Source of the DNA: the human T2T-CHM13v2.0 reference genome, Homo sapiens
Assembly: GCF_009914755.1 (NCBI RefSeq)
Contig: NC_060930.1
Length of the DNA stretch: 64,000 nucleotides
Direction: 5' to 3' (one strand)
A program made the translations under genes and the position numbers. Below the pieces are notes generated by a model. That model was given only the letters and a program-made list of their open reading frames with translations. It was not told the DNA's origin and did no database searches. The number at the start of each line of letters is the position of its first letter. The first letter of the stretch is position 1. Of this stretch, positions 14,803 through 26,476 are shown in pieces.

Positions 14803-15278
14803 CTTATTAGTTTCCTAAGGCTACTGGAAAAATCACAAATTTGGTGGCTTAAAACAACAAAAATTTCACAGTTCTAGAGGCCAGAACTTCAAAACCAAGG
14901 TGTAGGCAGGGCCACACTCCCTCGGAAGGCTCTAGGGAAGAATTTTTCCTTACTTCTTCCAGCTTCTGGTAGCTCCCAGAATCCTTGGAATTCTTTGGCT
15001 TGTAGCTGCACCACTCCACCCTCTGCCTGTGTCTTCACACGGCTGTCTCTGTGAATATCCCTTGTCTGATATCCCTCTCCTATCTCTTTTATTGGATTCA
15101 GGTCCCAGTTATTGGATTCAGGTCCCAGTTATTGGATTCAGGTCCAACCTAAATCCAGGATGATTTCACCTTGAAATTCTTAATTAGTTTCATCTGCAAA
15201 GACCTTATTTCCAAATGAGGTCACATTCTGATGTTTCAGATGAAAATGAATTTTAGGGAGACACACTTTACCCACTCA
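14803..15278 (-). mobile_element. MLT1B/C MaLR solo LTR
   Basis: ttagtttcctaaggct...ggcttaaaacaac...gaaggctctagggaagaat...catctgcaaagaccttatttccaaatgaggtcacattctga. Confidence 0.85.
15089..15145 (+). repeat. 20-bp tandem repeat, about 2.85 copies
   Basis: ttattggattcaggtcccag twice plus a 17-bp partial copy, all identical. Confidence 0.95.
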
Positions 15279-15679
15279 TCCTTCAAATGTGAATTCAATC
15301 AAATGTGGGTAAGAAAATAAGATGAGTCATCTACAGGAGTACTTCACTATTCCCAGTGAGAATAAGATGTTTCTCATCTTATTTCTCTCTCATTTAGGGA
15401 GAGGAATGTCTTCTAACTCTCAGCAGAGAAATCATAATGTAAGTTGGTAACATTTGTGCTGTGTAGTTATTCATAACATTTAGAGTTGCATCAACAAAGA
15501 TAATGATGTTCATGAAAACCAGAGGAGGGAGATTCTGAAAACCTCATGGTAATTTTGGTATTATCCAAGAAAAAGAATGTTCTGATCACAATTACCATTA
15601 TTAGTTACCTAGGCCAGAATCTCCCAAGCTGATTTTCATGGAAAACTAATTCTATGAGATGTTAATAGGTACATGCAGG

Positions 15680-15710
15680 CACACGCGCACACACACACAC
15701 ACACACACAC
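15680..15710. repeat. (CA)n microsatellite
   Basis: Direct reading. Confidence 0.95.
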
Positions 15711-16973
15711 GGAATCTTGTGCTCAACACTGGCAAAACTGCATTTGTGAGGAGCAATGCCGAGGGCCTGTCCTGCCCATGTGACCTCATCACAGGGATAG
15801 TGGTTTGGGGGGCCTGCTCTAAGCAACCAGCCATGCTCTCTCCCCAATCCCACACTCTTGCTGCAGCTCTCTACTCTTGTAAAATGTGCATTTGTTTCAC
15901 ATGTTTGCAAACTCTTAACAAAAGATTGAAAATTTCAAAGTGTTTAGTCTCTCCCACTCAGTGAACTGAAGAAAGCTGTTCTCCTAAGAGAATAGTATTC
16001 ATCCTCATAGATAGTTAAATTGCAGCATATACTTCAAATCACACAATGCACTTCTTAAATAATTTAAAAGTCCTAAAAATGATTTTTGAAAAAATGTGGA
16101 CCTAATCTGAAGCATTCTGAACTTCCACCTCTTTGAATATGCACTAAAAGTAGAAGGGATTTATATGAATATCTCACTTAAAAGTTAAAACTCCAGGCTT
16201 CTTGTGCACACACACATGCACACTTACACACACATGCACACACACCATATAGTCCTCGACAGGTGCCACACTCACCTCCTCACTGCCAGGAATACCAATT
16301 TTCAAGCAGGAAGACACAGTGTGTCAGAATAGAAACAAATGAACAAGGGTAAGAATCCATGAACCAATGAGCAAGAACAGAGCAACAGAAGTGCGGCATG
16401 AGGGAAACACGATAAAAAACCCCACTGCTTAATAAAAATCTATTACATTTGGATGCACCTTTAAATTTCTAAAGCGTGTTCTCACCTTTCATCACAATTT
16501 AGATCCATTCTCATCATTAACCCTAAAGGCCCCGGCAACTTGAGGCCATTCCCTTTTGGCAGACTACAGCAGAGGCAAACTATCGTAAGTGGTTAGTTTT
16601 ATCAAGTAAGCTGATACCTGGGTGGGATGTGTTTCAGAAAAAAAAGGTCATCAGGTTTGGGGGCAGAAGTGTGACAGACATGTCAGGCACTAAATAAAAG
16701 TTTGTTGGATGGATGGATGGATGGAAAAATGGATGTATCGATGGATTAACAAACAAATGGAGGGACTTGTGAAAACAATCCCAGGAAGATAGAAGGCTGC
16801 TGAAGCTTTCAATGACATAATAAAGTGTTTAATGAGCTCTGTGTTGGACCATGACTTACACAGGTTTGCCTTTTAAAAACTACAATAGGTTTAACTGTTC
16901 ATTACCAAAATTATCAGGTAATTAGAACAATGTGTCTTCAGTCTCACAATGACCTCATGTCATTATGTGTTTA

Positions 16974-17004
16974 TGTGTGTGTGTGTGTGTGTATGTGTGT
17001 ATGT
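16974..17004. repeat. (TG)n microsatellite
   Basis: Direct reading. Confidence 0.95.
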
Positions 17005-17062
17005 GCTAATGATCTGGATCTGCGTGTAAATATATTGCTATTTCTGGATTGATTTGTAATTA

Positions 17063-18059
17063 TAGTCACGAGTCACTTAATAACAAGAATATATCCTGAG
17101 AAATGTATTGTTGGGTGATTTTGTCATTATGTGAACATCAGAGTGTACCTGCACAAACTCAGATGTTATCGCTTGCTACACACATGGCTATACGGCATAC
17201 CCTATTGGTCCTAGGCTACAAACCTGTGCAGCATGTTACTGCACTTAATGCTGTAGGCAATTATAACACAATGGCAAGTATTTGTGCATCTAAACATATC
17301 TAAGCAAAAAGGTGCAGTAAAAATAGGATATAAGAGATAATAAAGGGTACATTTATATAGGGCACTTATCACAAAAGGAGCTTGAAGGACTGGAAGTTGC
17401 TCTAAGTCGGTGAGTGGTGAGTGAATGTGAAGGCCTGGGGGCATTACTATAAACTACTGTAGACTACTGTATAAACACTATACACTTAGGCTACACCAAA
17501 TTCGTATTTTTAAAATTTCTTCAATAATAAATTAACCTTAGCTTGCTGTAACTTTTTTACTTTATAAGCTTTTTAATTTTTTTGACTTTTGGACTCTTGT
17601 AATAACACTTAGCTTCAAACACAAATATATCGTACAACTATTCAAAAATATTTTCTTTCTTTATAAGCCTATTTTATAAGCGTTTTTCTGTTTTTAGTTT
17701 CTTTTGTTTTTACTCTTTAAACTTTTTGCTAAAAACTAAGACACACACACACACATCAACGTAGGCCAACACGAGGTTGGGATCATCAGTATCACTGTCT
17801 CCACCTCCCATCTTGTCCCACTGGAAGGTCTTCAGGGGCAATAATATGCAAAGAGCTGTTTTCTCCTATGATAACAATACCTTCTTCTGGAATACCTCCT
17901 GAAGGACCTGCCCAAGGCTGTTTACAGTTAACTTTTATTATAAGTAGAAGGAGTACACTCTAAAATAATGATTAAAAAGTAGAGTATAGTAATCTTATGG
18001 GACCACCTCATATATGCCGTCCATTATTAACCAAAATTTCATTATGCAGCACATGATTA
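17063..18059. mobile_element. Tigger3b (MER7/GOLEM-derived) non-autonomous DNA transposon
   Basis: Degenerate TIRs tagtcacg...catgatta flanked by TA; internal ctaggctacaaacctgtgcagcatgttactg typical of Tigger3. Confidence 0.85.
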
Positions 18060-18439
18060 TATAGTACTATTCCTGGATTTGTTTGAAAGTATATTTGTTA
18101 CTCCTTGGAAGATGATTAAGCTACCACCATATTTCAGAAAGTTACCTCTAACTTGATGGCCTTTAAGAATACTTTTATAGCTGGTCCCTTTGCTATTAAT
18201 TAAGCTAAGAATATTTTTATCCTTACAATCATATAAATTCAAAAAGACACTGAGCACTACACTTCTGTACTCTGGGTAAATGATACAACAGATTTCAAGG
18301 CAATGTAGCCAATGCTGGGCACCTGGGGGTTTCGGTTCTACTTCTGGATGTGTGAGTTGGGGCAGATGGCTTAGCCTATCTTGATCGTAGTGTCCTCGCA
18401 AGTAGAATCCTGTGGAGTGGATTAGAATAACTTCTTAAA

Positions 18440-19960
18440 TAATATTAAGAAATATTTCCATATAGCAAAAAAGTAATATAACAAACACCATGTGCCTAAA
18501 GCCCAAACTTTATAAATGTACTGGTACCCCTGTGAACCTGACTCATTAGAAAAGGCTCAGAATTATAAAGGGAGGCCCAGGATGAAGCCTGCCCTGCAGA
18601 GCAAAGGCACACATACCTATGGCTGGAAATTGCAGATACAGGATTCTAGACAGAGATCTCCCATGTGGAATTACATTTTTGCAAGGGCATAGACACTTAC
18701 CCAAGAGGTAAAATAAAAGATGTGTGTGCTGGTCCATTCTAAAAGAGATACAAAGTTACTGAGGTAAAACTTGCTAAAGGTTATCTGAAATATGTTTCAC
18801 CATCTTATGCCTAACAATGTCCAGGCTTTAAAAGAAAAGGCTAAATATTCCCTAAGATTGGTAGAGAGGATCCCTTTGGAGAGCACTGTTAGAGTGCTAA
18901 GCCTCCTCCACTTGCCATGGGTGGTAGGTCCCCTCCAACCTATTCCCATGTGAGGGCCACTTGACAAGATTCCCTGGAGCCTGGAGGACACAGTGGCTGA
19001 TAATGCCTGGAGGTGCCAGGAGGGGAGGAGGTTTCAAGATAGGGCTGCAGTACTTCTGACCATAGGGAGATACAGTTCCTAAAGCCAGAAGGGACCCCAT
19101 GGAAGATAGCAAGCTTGCAACATCCAGAAACAACTCTACCCAAAAGGTCTATCTGCCATGCTAGATGACCCAGCAGAGAGGGTCTGTGTGGGGTGTACCA
19201 CCAGAGGCAGGAGTGGTAGATGGTGTCAGAGAAAGGTACAGAGACAGGTTCCCTCAGGGAGTAGAGGTCTCCAAATAGCTCCAGATGTGTTCCCACATCA
19301 CACAGTCATCTGCCACTGCAAGAGGGCATCATCCCAAACTGCAATCTGAGCCAGTCATGTACCTTGAAGATCAAGGACACCACAGAGCAAGTCAGAGAAG
19401 TGTAGAAGACGCTGATGTCTGAGCCTTTCCAGTCCAAGCCAGGCAAGGGCAGGGATGTTTTCATTTGAATGAGCGATTAAAGCTTTTGTTTAGATCACTC
19501 TGGACATTTTAAAGGCTTTTAAAGGAGGCTATAAATTAATACCTAAAAGTGACATCAAAATCTATGGGATCTGCTCAAAAAATCAATAAAGGATTGGGAA
19601 GTGAGATTTCCACATGGCATATGTGAAAGAAGTGGCATGAGAACATAAAATTATTTTTAATGACATCTGCCACACGGAGGCCAAATATTACATGAATATT
19701 TTGCCATATTGGCTTAGATCCTCCTTTTTAAAAAATATAAGGCATTACAGATACAGTAACAGTCCCTCCTTCCCATTACCACTTACCTCCCTCCCTTCCC
19801 AGGTGCAACCTCTATTCTAAAGTTGGCGTGTACAGTTCCTGCCTGTGTTTTTATATTCTTCCAATGTAATTATGTATTTGAAAACAGTATATAGTACGTG
19901 CTGGAAATTTTTAGCATGATATCTATAGTCCTTTCTAACTATAATTCTATGATATAGTGT
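18440..19960 (-). mobile_element. Old L1MC/ME 3' fragment split by the LTR at 18517-19692
   Basis: aatataacaaacaccatgtgcc...tataaa resumes as tgaatattttgccatatt...ccctcccttcccaggtgcaacctctattc. Confidence 0.5.
18517..19692 (+). mobile_element. Ancient Gypsy-type solo LTR (MamGypLTR/LTR85-like)
   Basis: TGTA...TTACA termini, ~1.18 kb, 3' motif aaagtgacatcaaaatctatgggatctgc resembling remembered MamGypLTR consensus; no clean TSD. Confidence 0.5.
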
Positions 19961-20107
19961 GACTTTTTTTATTTTAGTAAAATAATAAAAGTGAAGGGAC
20001 TTTTCCAATTCCCTCTCTCTACACTTTTGCCTCACTGATCATGAAATACTACAGCTCATGGAGTGATATACAGAGGTCTGTCTATCCTTAAAAAAAAAAA
20101 AAAAAAT

Positions 20108-20260
20108 TATTAAGAGATGGGGTCTCACTCTGTCACCCAGGTTGGACTGCGGTGGCACAATCATAGCTCACTGCTGCCTCAAACTTCTGGGCTCATGAGA
20201 TAACTGCTGCCTTAGCCTCCTGAGTAGCTGGGATTACAGGCATAAGCCACCCCGCCCAGC
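20108..20260 (-). mobile_element. Alu right-arm monomer (FRAM/AluJ fragment)
   Basis: gagatggggtctcactctgtcacccagg...gccaccccgcccagc. Confidence 0.85.
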
Positions 20261-20320
20261 TGTGCTGTGCTAAATTAAAGGAAGCAAAGCAAGAGGGTTG
20301 CAGTGGGAAAGAGCGCCCGG

Positions 20321-20354
20321 TGCAGATGCAGCAGGTGTCCAGCAGAGGGCGATA
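20321..20354 (+). promoter_or_regulatory. CTCF binding site with upstream (ZF9-11) motif
   Basis: Core CCAGCAGAGGGCG at 20339-20351; TGCAG begins 18 nt upstream at 20321. Confidence 0.7.
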
Positions 20355-21199
20355 TCATCTAATAAAAGTGCACACGCCTGGGTGGTTGCTTCGAATAATT
20401 GAGCCACTGTATACTTTTAAGATAACATTTTAAGTTCTAGAAGATAATATTCTTAGAAAACACAAGCCTGATCATATGAATTATTTGCCCAAGGTGACAA
20501 AGCTAGTTAATATTTACTACTTCTGCCTTCCAATCCAGTGCTCTGGTAGGTCTGTCGGCTGCCCTGCAAACATTCAACAGATATAAGAAATCAAATTGGT
20601 CTAAATCAAATCACCGATAATATTTGTACTTTTTATTAAATGTGTTATGATTTTTTGGTGCCAGTTTTAAGCCTGCAACATACTCAACAGGGCACTTTAG
20701 TCACCATCAAGATGATTTCAGAGTTTGAGGAAACAACAAGAAACAAAGAATTTGCAAGTGGATAAAATTATTTAAAAATTATAAAATTATACTGAAGCAG
20801 GAATATTTTTAACCCAAAAAACAAACTTTAAGTTCTAATTCTTTACATTTATTCTAAGCATATGTTGATAATGTTTTATATGACATTTTTAGAATGATAT
20901 CAAGTGTACATTCTATTGACTACCCAGTTGGGATAGAAATATTAGTCAGATTAGGACAGTTTATGCTGAAATTACAAAGAAAGCTCACCATCTCATAGCC
21001 AAAACGATAAAGCAGGAGTCAGAAAACAAGGCCAGAACCTGCTTTTTTGCAAAGTTTTACTGAAACACAGATACACCCATTTGTTTGCATATTATCTGAG
21101 GCTGCCTTTGAGTATCAATAGCAGTTGAATAGTTGCCACGCATATCTTCAATGTCAATGGCCTCTTGACCTGCAAAGCCTAAAATGTACACTACTTGTC

Positions 21200-21588
21200 T
21201 GTCTTAGTCCATTTGTGCTGCTGTAATAGAATACCACAGATTGGATAATTTATAAACAGAAATGTATTGACCCACAGTTCTGGAGGAACTGGATCTTGAT
21301 ATTGGGAACTCCAATATCAAGGCATGACAGGTTTGGCCATTCTGACTCTATGATGACACATGGAACACTGCATCCTCTGGAGGGAGAATGCTTGGCTTCA
21401 CATGACAGAAAGGCAAAGACACCAAAAGGGGGCCAAACTTGCGTTTTTATCACAGCATTAATCTCACCCATGCGGGTGGCACCTTCATGGCCTAATTGCC
21501 TCTTAAAGATCCCACTTCACAATACAGTTGCAATGGCAGTTAAATTTCAACATGAGTTTGGAGAGGGACAAACATGCAAACCATAGTA
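21200..21588 (-). mobile_element. MST (C/D-like) MaLR solo LTR
   Basis: tgtcttagtccatttgtgctgctg...taaatttcaacatgagtttggag...aaaccatagta. Confidence 0.8.
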
Positions 21589-21614
21589 CTGATCTTTTAT
21601 AGAAAAAGTTTGCC

Positions 21615-22450
21615 GGACATGAACAGACACTTCTCAAAAGAAGACATTTATGCAGCCAAAAAACACATGAAAAAATGCTCACCATCACTGGCCATCAGAG
21701 AAATGCAAATCAAAACCACAATGAGATACCATCTCACACCAGTTAGAATGGCAATCATTAAAAAGTCAGGAAACAACAGGTGCTGGAGAGGATGTGGAGA
21801 AATAGAAACACTTTTACACTGTTGGTGGGACTGTAAACTAGTTCAACCATTGTGGAAGTTAGTGTGGCGATTCCTCAGGGATCTAGAACTAGAAATACCA
21901 TTTGATCCAGCCATCCTATTACTGGGTATATATGCAAAGGACTCTAAATCATGCTGCTATAAAGACACATGCACACGTATATTTACTGCAGCACTATTCA
22001 CAATAGCAAAGACTTGGAACCAAGCCAAATGTCCAACAATGATAGACTGGATTAAGAAAATGTGGCACATATGCACCATGGAATACTATGCAGCCATAAA
22101 AAATGATGAGTTCATGTCCTTTGTAGGGACATGGATGAAATTGGAAATCATCATTCTCAGTAAACTATCACAAGGACAAAAAACCAAGCACCACATGTTC
22201 TCACTCACAGGTGGGAATTGAGCAATGAGAACATATGGACACAAGAAGGGGAACATCACACTCTAGGGACTGTTGTGGGGTGGGGGGAGGGGGGAGGGAT
22301 AGCATTAGGAGATATACCTAATGCTAAATGATGAGTTAATGGGTGCAGCACACCAGCATGGCACATGTATACATATGTAACTAACCTGCACATTGTGCAC
22401 ATGTACCCTAAAACTTAAAGTATAATAATAATAAAATAAAATTAAAAAAA
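21615..22450 (+). mobile_element. 5'-truncated LINE-1, L1PA3-like
   Basis: Open ORF2 C-terminus to 22221; ccagcatggc and gtaactaacc diagnostics; 14-bp TSD agaaaaagtttgcc at 21601-21614 and 22451-22464. Confidence 0.95.
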
Positions 22451-22480
22451 AGAAAAAGTTTGCCAATCCCTTCTATAATG

Positions 22481-22795
22481 CAATGCTGTCCGATAAAACT
22501 TTCTATGGTGACAAAAATGTTCTATATCTATACAGTCCAATACGGTAGTCACTAGCCACATATGGCTATTGAGCACTTGAAATATGACTAGCAGTTACCA
22601 AAGTGGGAATGGATAGTGAGTAAACAACTAACCATGTTTGCCAATTATTGTATGTCTTAAGCTCCAAGATTATCCTCTGATATTGGTTTACTAGGATTTC
22701 ATAAATAGGTATGTGTTCTTTGTATTCATTCCTTAATATTGAATAGCAACTAAGGAACAGAATTTTTAATTTCAATTAATTTACATTTAAATCAA
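22481..22795. mobile_element. MER3 DNA transposon interrupted by a 138-bp local duplication
   Basis: gctgtccgataaaactttc...ggctattgagcacttgaaatatgactag, resuming as aaggaacagaatttttaat. Confidence 0.7.
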
Positions 22796-23705
22796 TTAAA
22801 AAACAGGAGCTTTGAGGAACTAATAGCCTAATGGCATTCATTAATCTCTTGGCATCCCACACTGTTTTTTTACAAAAACAGGCTGCAGGGCAGATTTGCC
22901 TAAGGGCAGTATTTCATTGACCCTTGCTTTATAGTGTTGATACTGAGATGTTGGGCTTTCTTTGTGACTTCAACATAAACTACCCTATCCTGACTCATAC
23001 ATTTCTACAGCTCCCCACTTCCTTCAGAAAGACCATAACTCAAAAATTCTTTTAAGGAAAAATCAGAGAAAGCACTACCCACCATGTAAAGTTGTCCTTC
23101 ATTTCTTTGTCTTCCATTTATCTCTTCTAACCAGTATTCATGTATCACTTAGGAATACTTTGACTGCAAGTAACAGAACAATGGCCTAAACAATCAGGGA
23201 TTGTTTTTTTCATATAACAAGAAGTTTGGAAGTAGACAACTTCTGGCATCAGTTCAGCAGTTCAACAATGTCAGAGCTGGTATCTCTACAATTCTCCTGA
23301 ACTTTCTGTCGTGGTTATAAAATGGCTGCTGCCACATTTAAGGCAGAAAAAAGTGGAACTAGGTATTTTACTAAACACATCTGTCTCTTTTATAAGGAAA
23401 GAAAAAGATTTCCTAGAAGACACTCCGGATATAAAGCCTTACCTTATTGGTATCTGGGAACAACCAGCACTGAGTCGTATAACCACCAGAGACGTAAAAT
23501 AGTCTGGGAAAGCAGGAAACCACTTTCCAATAGTGGTTGTCACCTAGGGCTGGGCACACTGCTCCCATAAAGGTGGGAATAAATATTGAGTAAACAACTA
23601 ATCATGTTAGCCAATTATAGCGTCTTAAGCAAAAAGACTATCCTTTGATGTTAGTTTTCTAGGGTCTCATGAATAGGTATGTGTTCTTTGCATCCATTCC
23701 TTAAT
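22600..23705 (+). repeat. Dispersed direct repeat pair 22600-22737 / 23570-23705
   Basis: Manual alignment about 83% identical over 138 bp. Confidence 0.9.
23141..23613 (-). mobile_element. MLT1 (K/L-like) solo LTR
   Basis: tgtatcacttaggaatactttgactgcaagtaacagaa...aatggctgctgcc...atattgagtaaacaacta. Confidence 0.65.
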
Positions 23706-23981
23706 TCAATGATTATTTTCTGATACCTATTGGAGGTCAGGCATTGGACAAGGTGTCAGGAAGGGGCAGATGATGAGGCTGGAAATGATATCTAGAATAT
23801 GCAGGGTCTATGTAAAAGTATAAATGGAAGGTTTTATGAAGTATCATAAAGACTTATGCCCAATATGCCACAAATTTACATTTTTACTTGAGAGTTTCAG
23901 TACATTACACCTGCAAGCTCTTCATGAGTGACTTAGCTTACTATGACATTTATTGCAGATTCAAAAATGTAGTTCTTCTGG

Positions 23982-24329
<348 letters not shown>

Positions 24330-25507
24330 TAGTTCTTCTGGGTGATATTTTTAAATCTTCTAATAGGTACAAATCTCAGTGACTCAGCTGTGTAAGTAAT
24401 ATACTAGAGCTTTTGCTACTTTTCTATGTAAATCTTCCATTCTGCTGAAGTAGCAGAAACTTCATGTCAGTGATTTGTAGTTCTCTAGATCTGTGCCTAA
24501 ATCCAAGAGGTGGGCAGACACCTGAAAGAGGGAAATAGTCTGTCCATTGATGGCATTTGTACACACCAGCATCCATTAGGATTGTATTCTGTCAGCCTGT
24601 CTGCTTGTTGAAGAAAATCAACCTCGTGGTCCCTTTGGGACAATGCATGGCTTGGTGGCCTCTCTACCTGGTGAAATCTTTCTGCAGCTCCCCCACGTTA
24701 CGGAGTTTAACTGACTGTGGGGCTGCTAAGTCCCCTTCGGGCCGAACAGTCTCTGTGGTGATTTACTCTGAAGTTCTGCCACCTTCATAGCCTCTAGCAG
24801 GAAAACTGGGTACAGCTCCCTCCTTCATGTTCTTGAATTCTACAGTTCAAACTGAGGGCTTTGCTGCCATCTGGGACTCAGGGAGGAGGATGGGCATGAG
24901 ACCTCTCTCTATGAGCCCACTTATGTCTCTGCTCTCGAAGTTTCTCCTTTTCTTCTCCCCTGGAAACACTCAGCAGGTTATCTGCTGCTGTCAGCTTTTC
25001 TACATATATTTATTGTAACATAGTTCATCTTCAAGTGTTTTCCATCCCAAATCATTCAAATTCCCATCAGAGTCATCACCAAAAGAGACAGAAGAAACTA
25101 TGGGAGTATGTGAGAATGTATGCAAAATGCAGGAAGCAGAAAATAAAGCAACCTTGTCAAACTGTCCCTCTCCTCCTGCAGGGAACTGCCTCATCACCAA
25201 AGCAAATCAGAGGACTGTCCCTCCTTTCCACAGTAGCACCACCTGCACTTCTGAGATCTTGCTTCCCCTTGAAATTATCCTTCACTGTCATACGAAAGTA
25301 AGCATATAAATATACACAATGAGTTGTGGGTGAAGCACACTCTAAGCTAAGGGACAAATGAATTTATAAATTATGCCTTAATGAAGGAAAAGGGGCTGGC
25401 AGGCTGAGGAGCTGGAGAGAAGTTGGCCAGACAGGTGAAACTCTTAGGCATAGGATACTCTTAGACACAAGTACACATTGGCACTTTGTGTGTTTAAGGA
25501 ATTATAA

Positions 25508-25803
25508 GGCCGGGTGTGGTGGTTCATGCCTGTAATCCTAGCACTTTGGGAGGCCAAGGTGGGAGAACTGCTTAAGTCCGGAAGTTTGAGATCAGCCTGG
25601 GCACATAGCAAAACCCTGTCTCTACAAAAAAAATTTTAAAATTAGTAGGGTGTGGTGGTTCGTGTCTATAGTCTCAGCTACTCAGGAGGCTGAGATGGGA
25701 GGATTGCTTGAGTCCAGAAGGTCAAGGCTGCAGTGAGCTATGGCCATGCCACTGCACTCCAGCCTGTCTCAAAAAAAGAGAAACACTGTCCCCCAACAAA
25801 ATT
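25508..25803 (+). mobile_element. AluJ with rearranged 3' end
   Basis: AluJ diagnostics; TSD attataag on both sides. Confidence 0.88.
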
Positions 25804-25823
25804 ATTATAAGTCATTTCACAGA

Positions 25824-26476
25824 CAGTTAATTCTTGTTATATTCAGTAGTTTTATTCTGTAAAGTCTCAAAAACACTGAATGAGTAAATACTGAACCATT
25901 GCTTCTAGGGGAAATACAAGTTTAGATTCCTGAGAGTGACTGGTCACAACATTTTCATTAACTGGTCAATCCATGCCCTTCTTTTATTTATATTTCTGTC
26001 TAAACACACCTTATTTAATATATATAGTTGATCCATGAACTTTGAACTCACAGCCAACAGCACTATAGCTCATGCCTGAATGAAGCTTATCTAACATGTA
26101 TATATTTCCATAAGGCACATCACAGCCTTCCTGCACTTAGAAACTCTAGACAGAACTTTGGCACTGTATTTGCAGGCCATTTTAAACAGCCAAGTCACCA
26201 ACAAAAAGCACAAAATATGGAAAACATGGTACTAAGTAGACCTCAAAAAAGACATTTTTATAGCATAAGAGCTGAAAATAAGAAGGCAGAGTGTCAGCTT
26301 GTTTGACCTCAGTGGAAACATGAACATCAGATGACTCAGATGTTTCACATATGCAGGCACGTGTTCATGAATGATAGCCAAAGCACCATGAATATTGATT
26401 TGAGGGTTAAATAAATAAATTTTAGTGAGTAGGCAGATTTGCAAATTTCAAATCCATGAATAGTAAGGATCAACTA
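25824..26476. mobile_element. MER82 (Tigger-family) DNA transposon
   Basis: cagtt...caacta termini; internal ctgaaccattgcttctaggggaaatac and catgcctgaatgaagcttatctaaca. Confidence 0.8.

Larger units (their letters stand above)
21012..22470. mobile_element. MER58A hAT transposon split by an MST LTR and an L1PA
   Basis: aaagttttactgaaacacag...gcaaagcctaaaat, then ctgatcttttatagaaaaagtttgcc, then aatccc. Confidence 0.7.

Noticed and set aside
15089-15145. CRISPR-like array
   Set aside because: Contiguous tandem copies with no spacers, in primate DNA.
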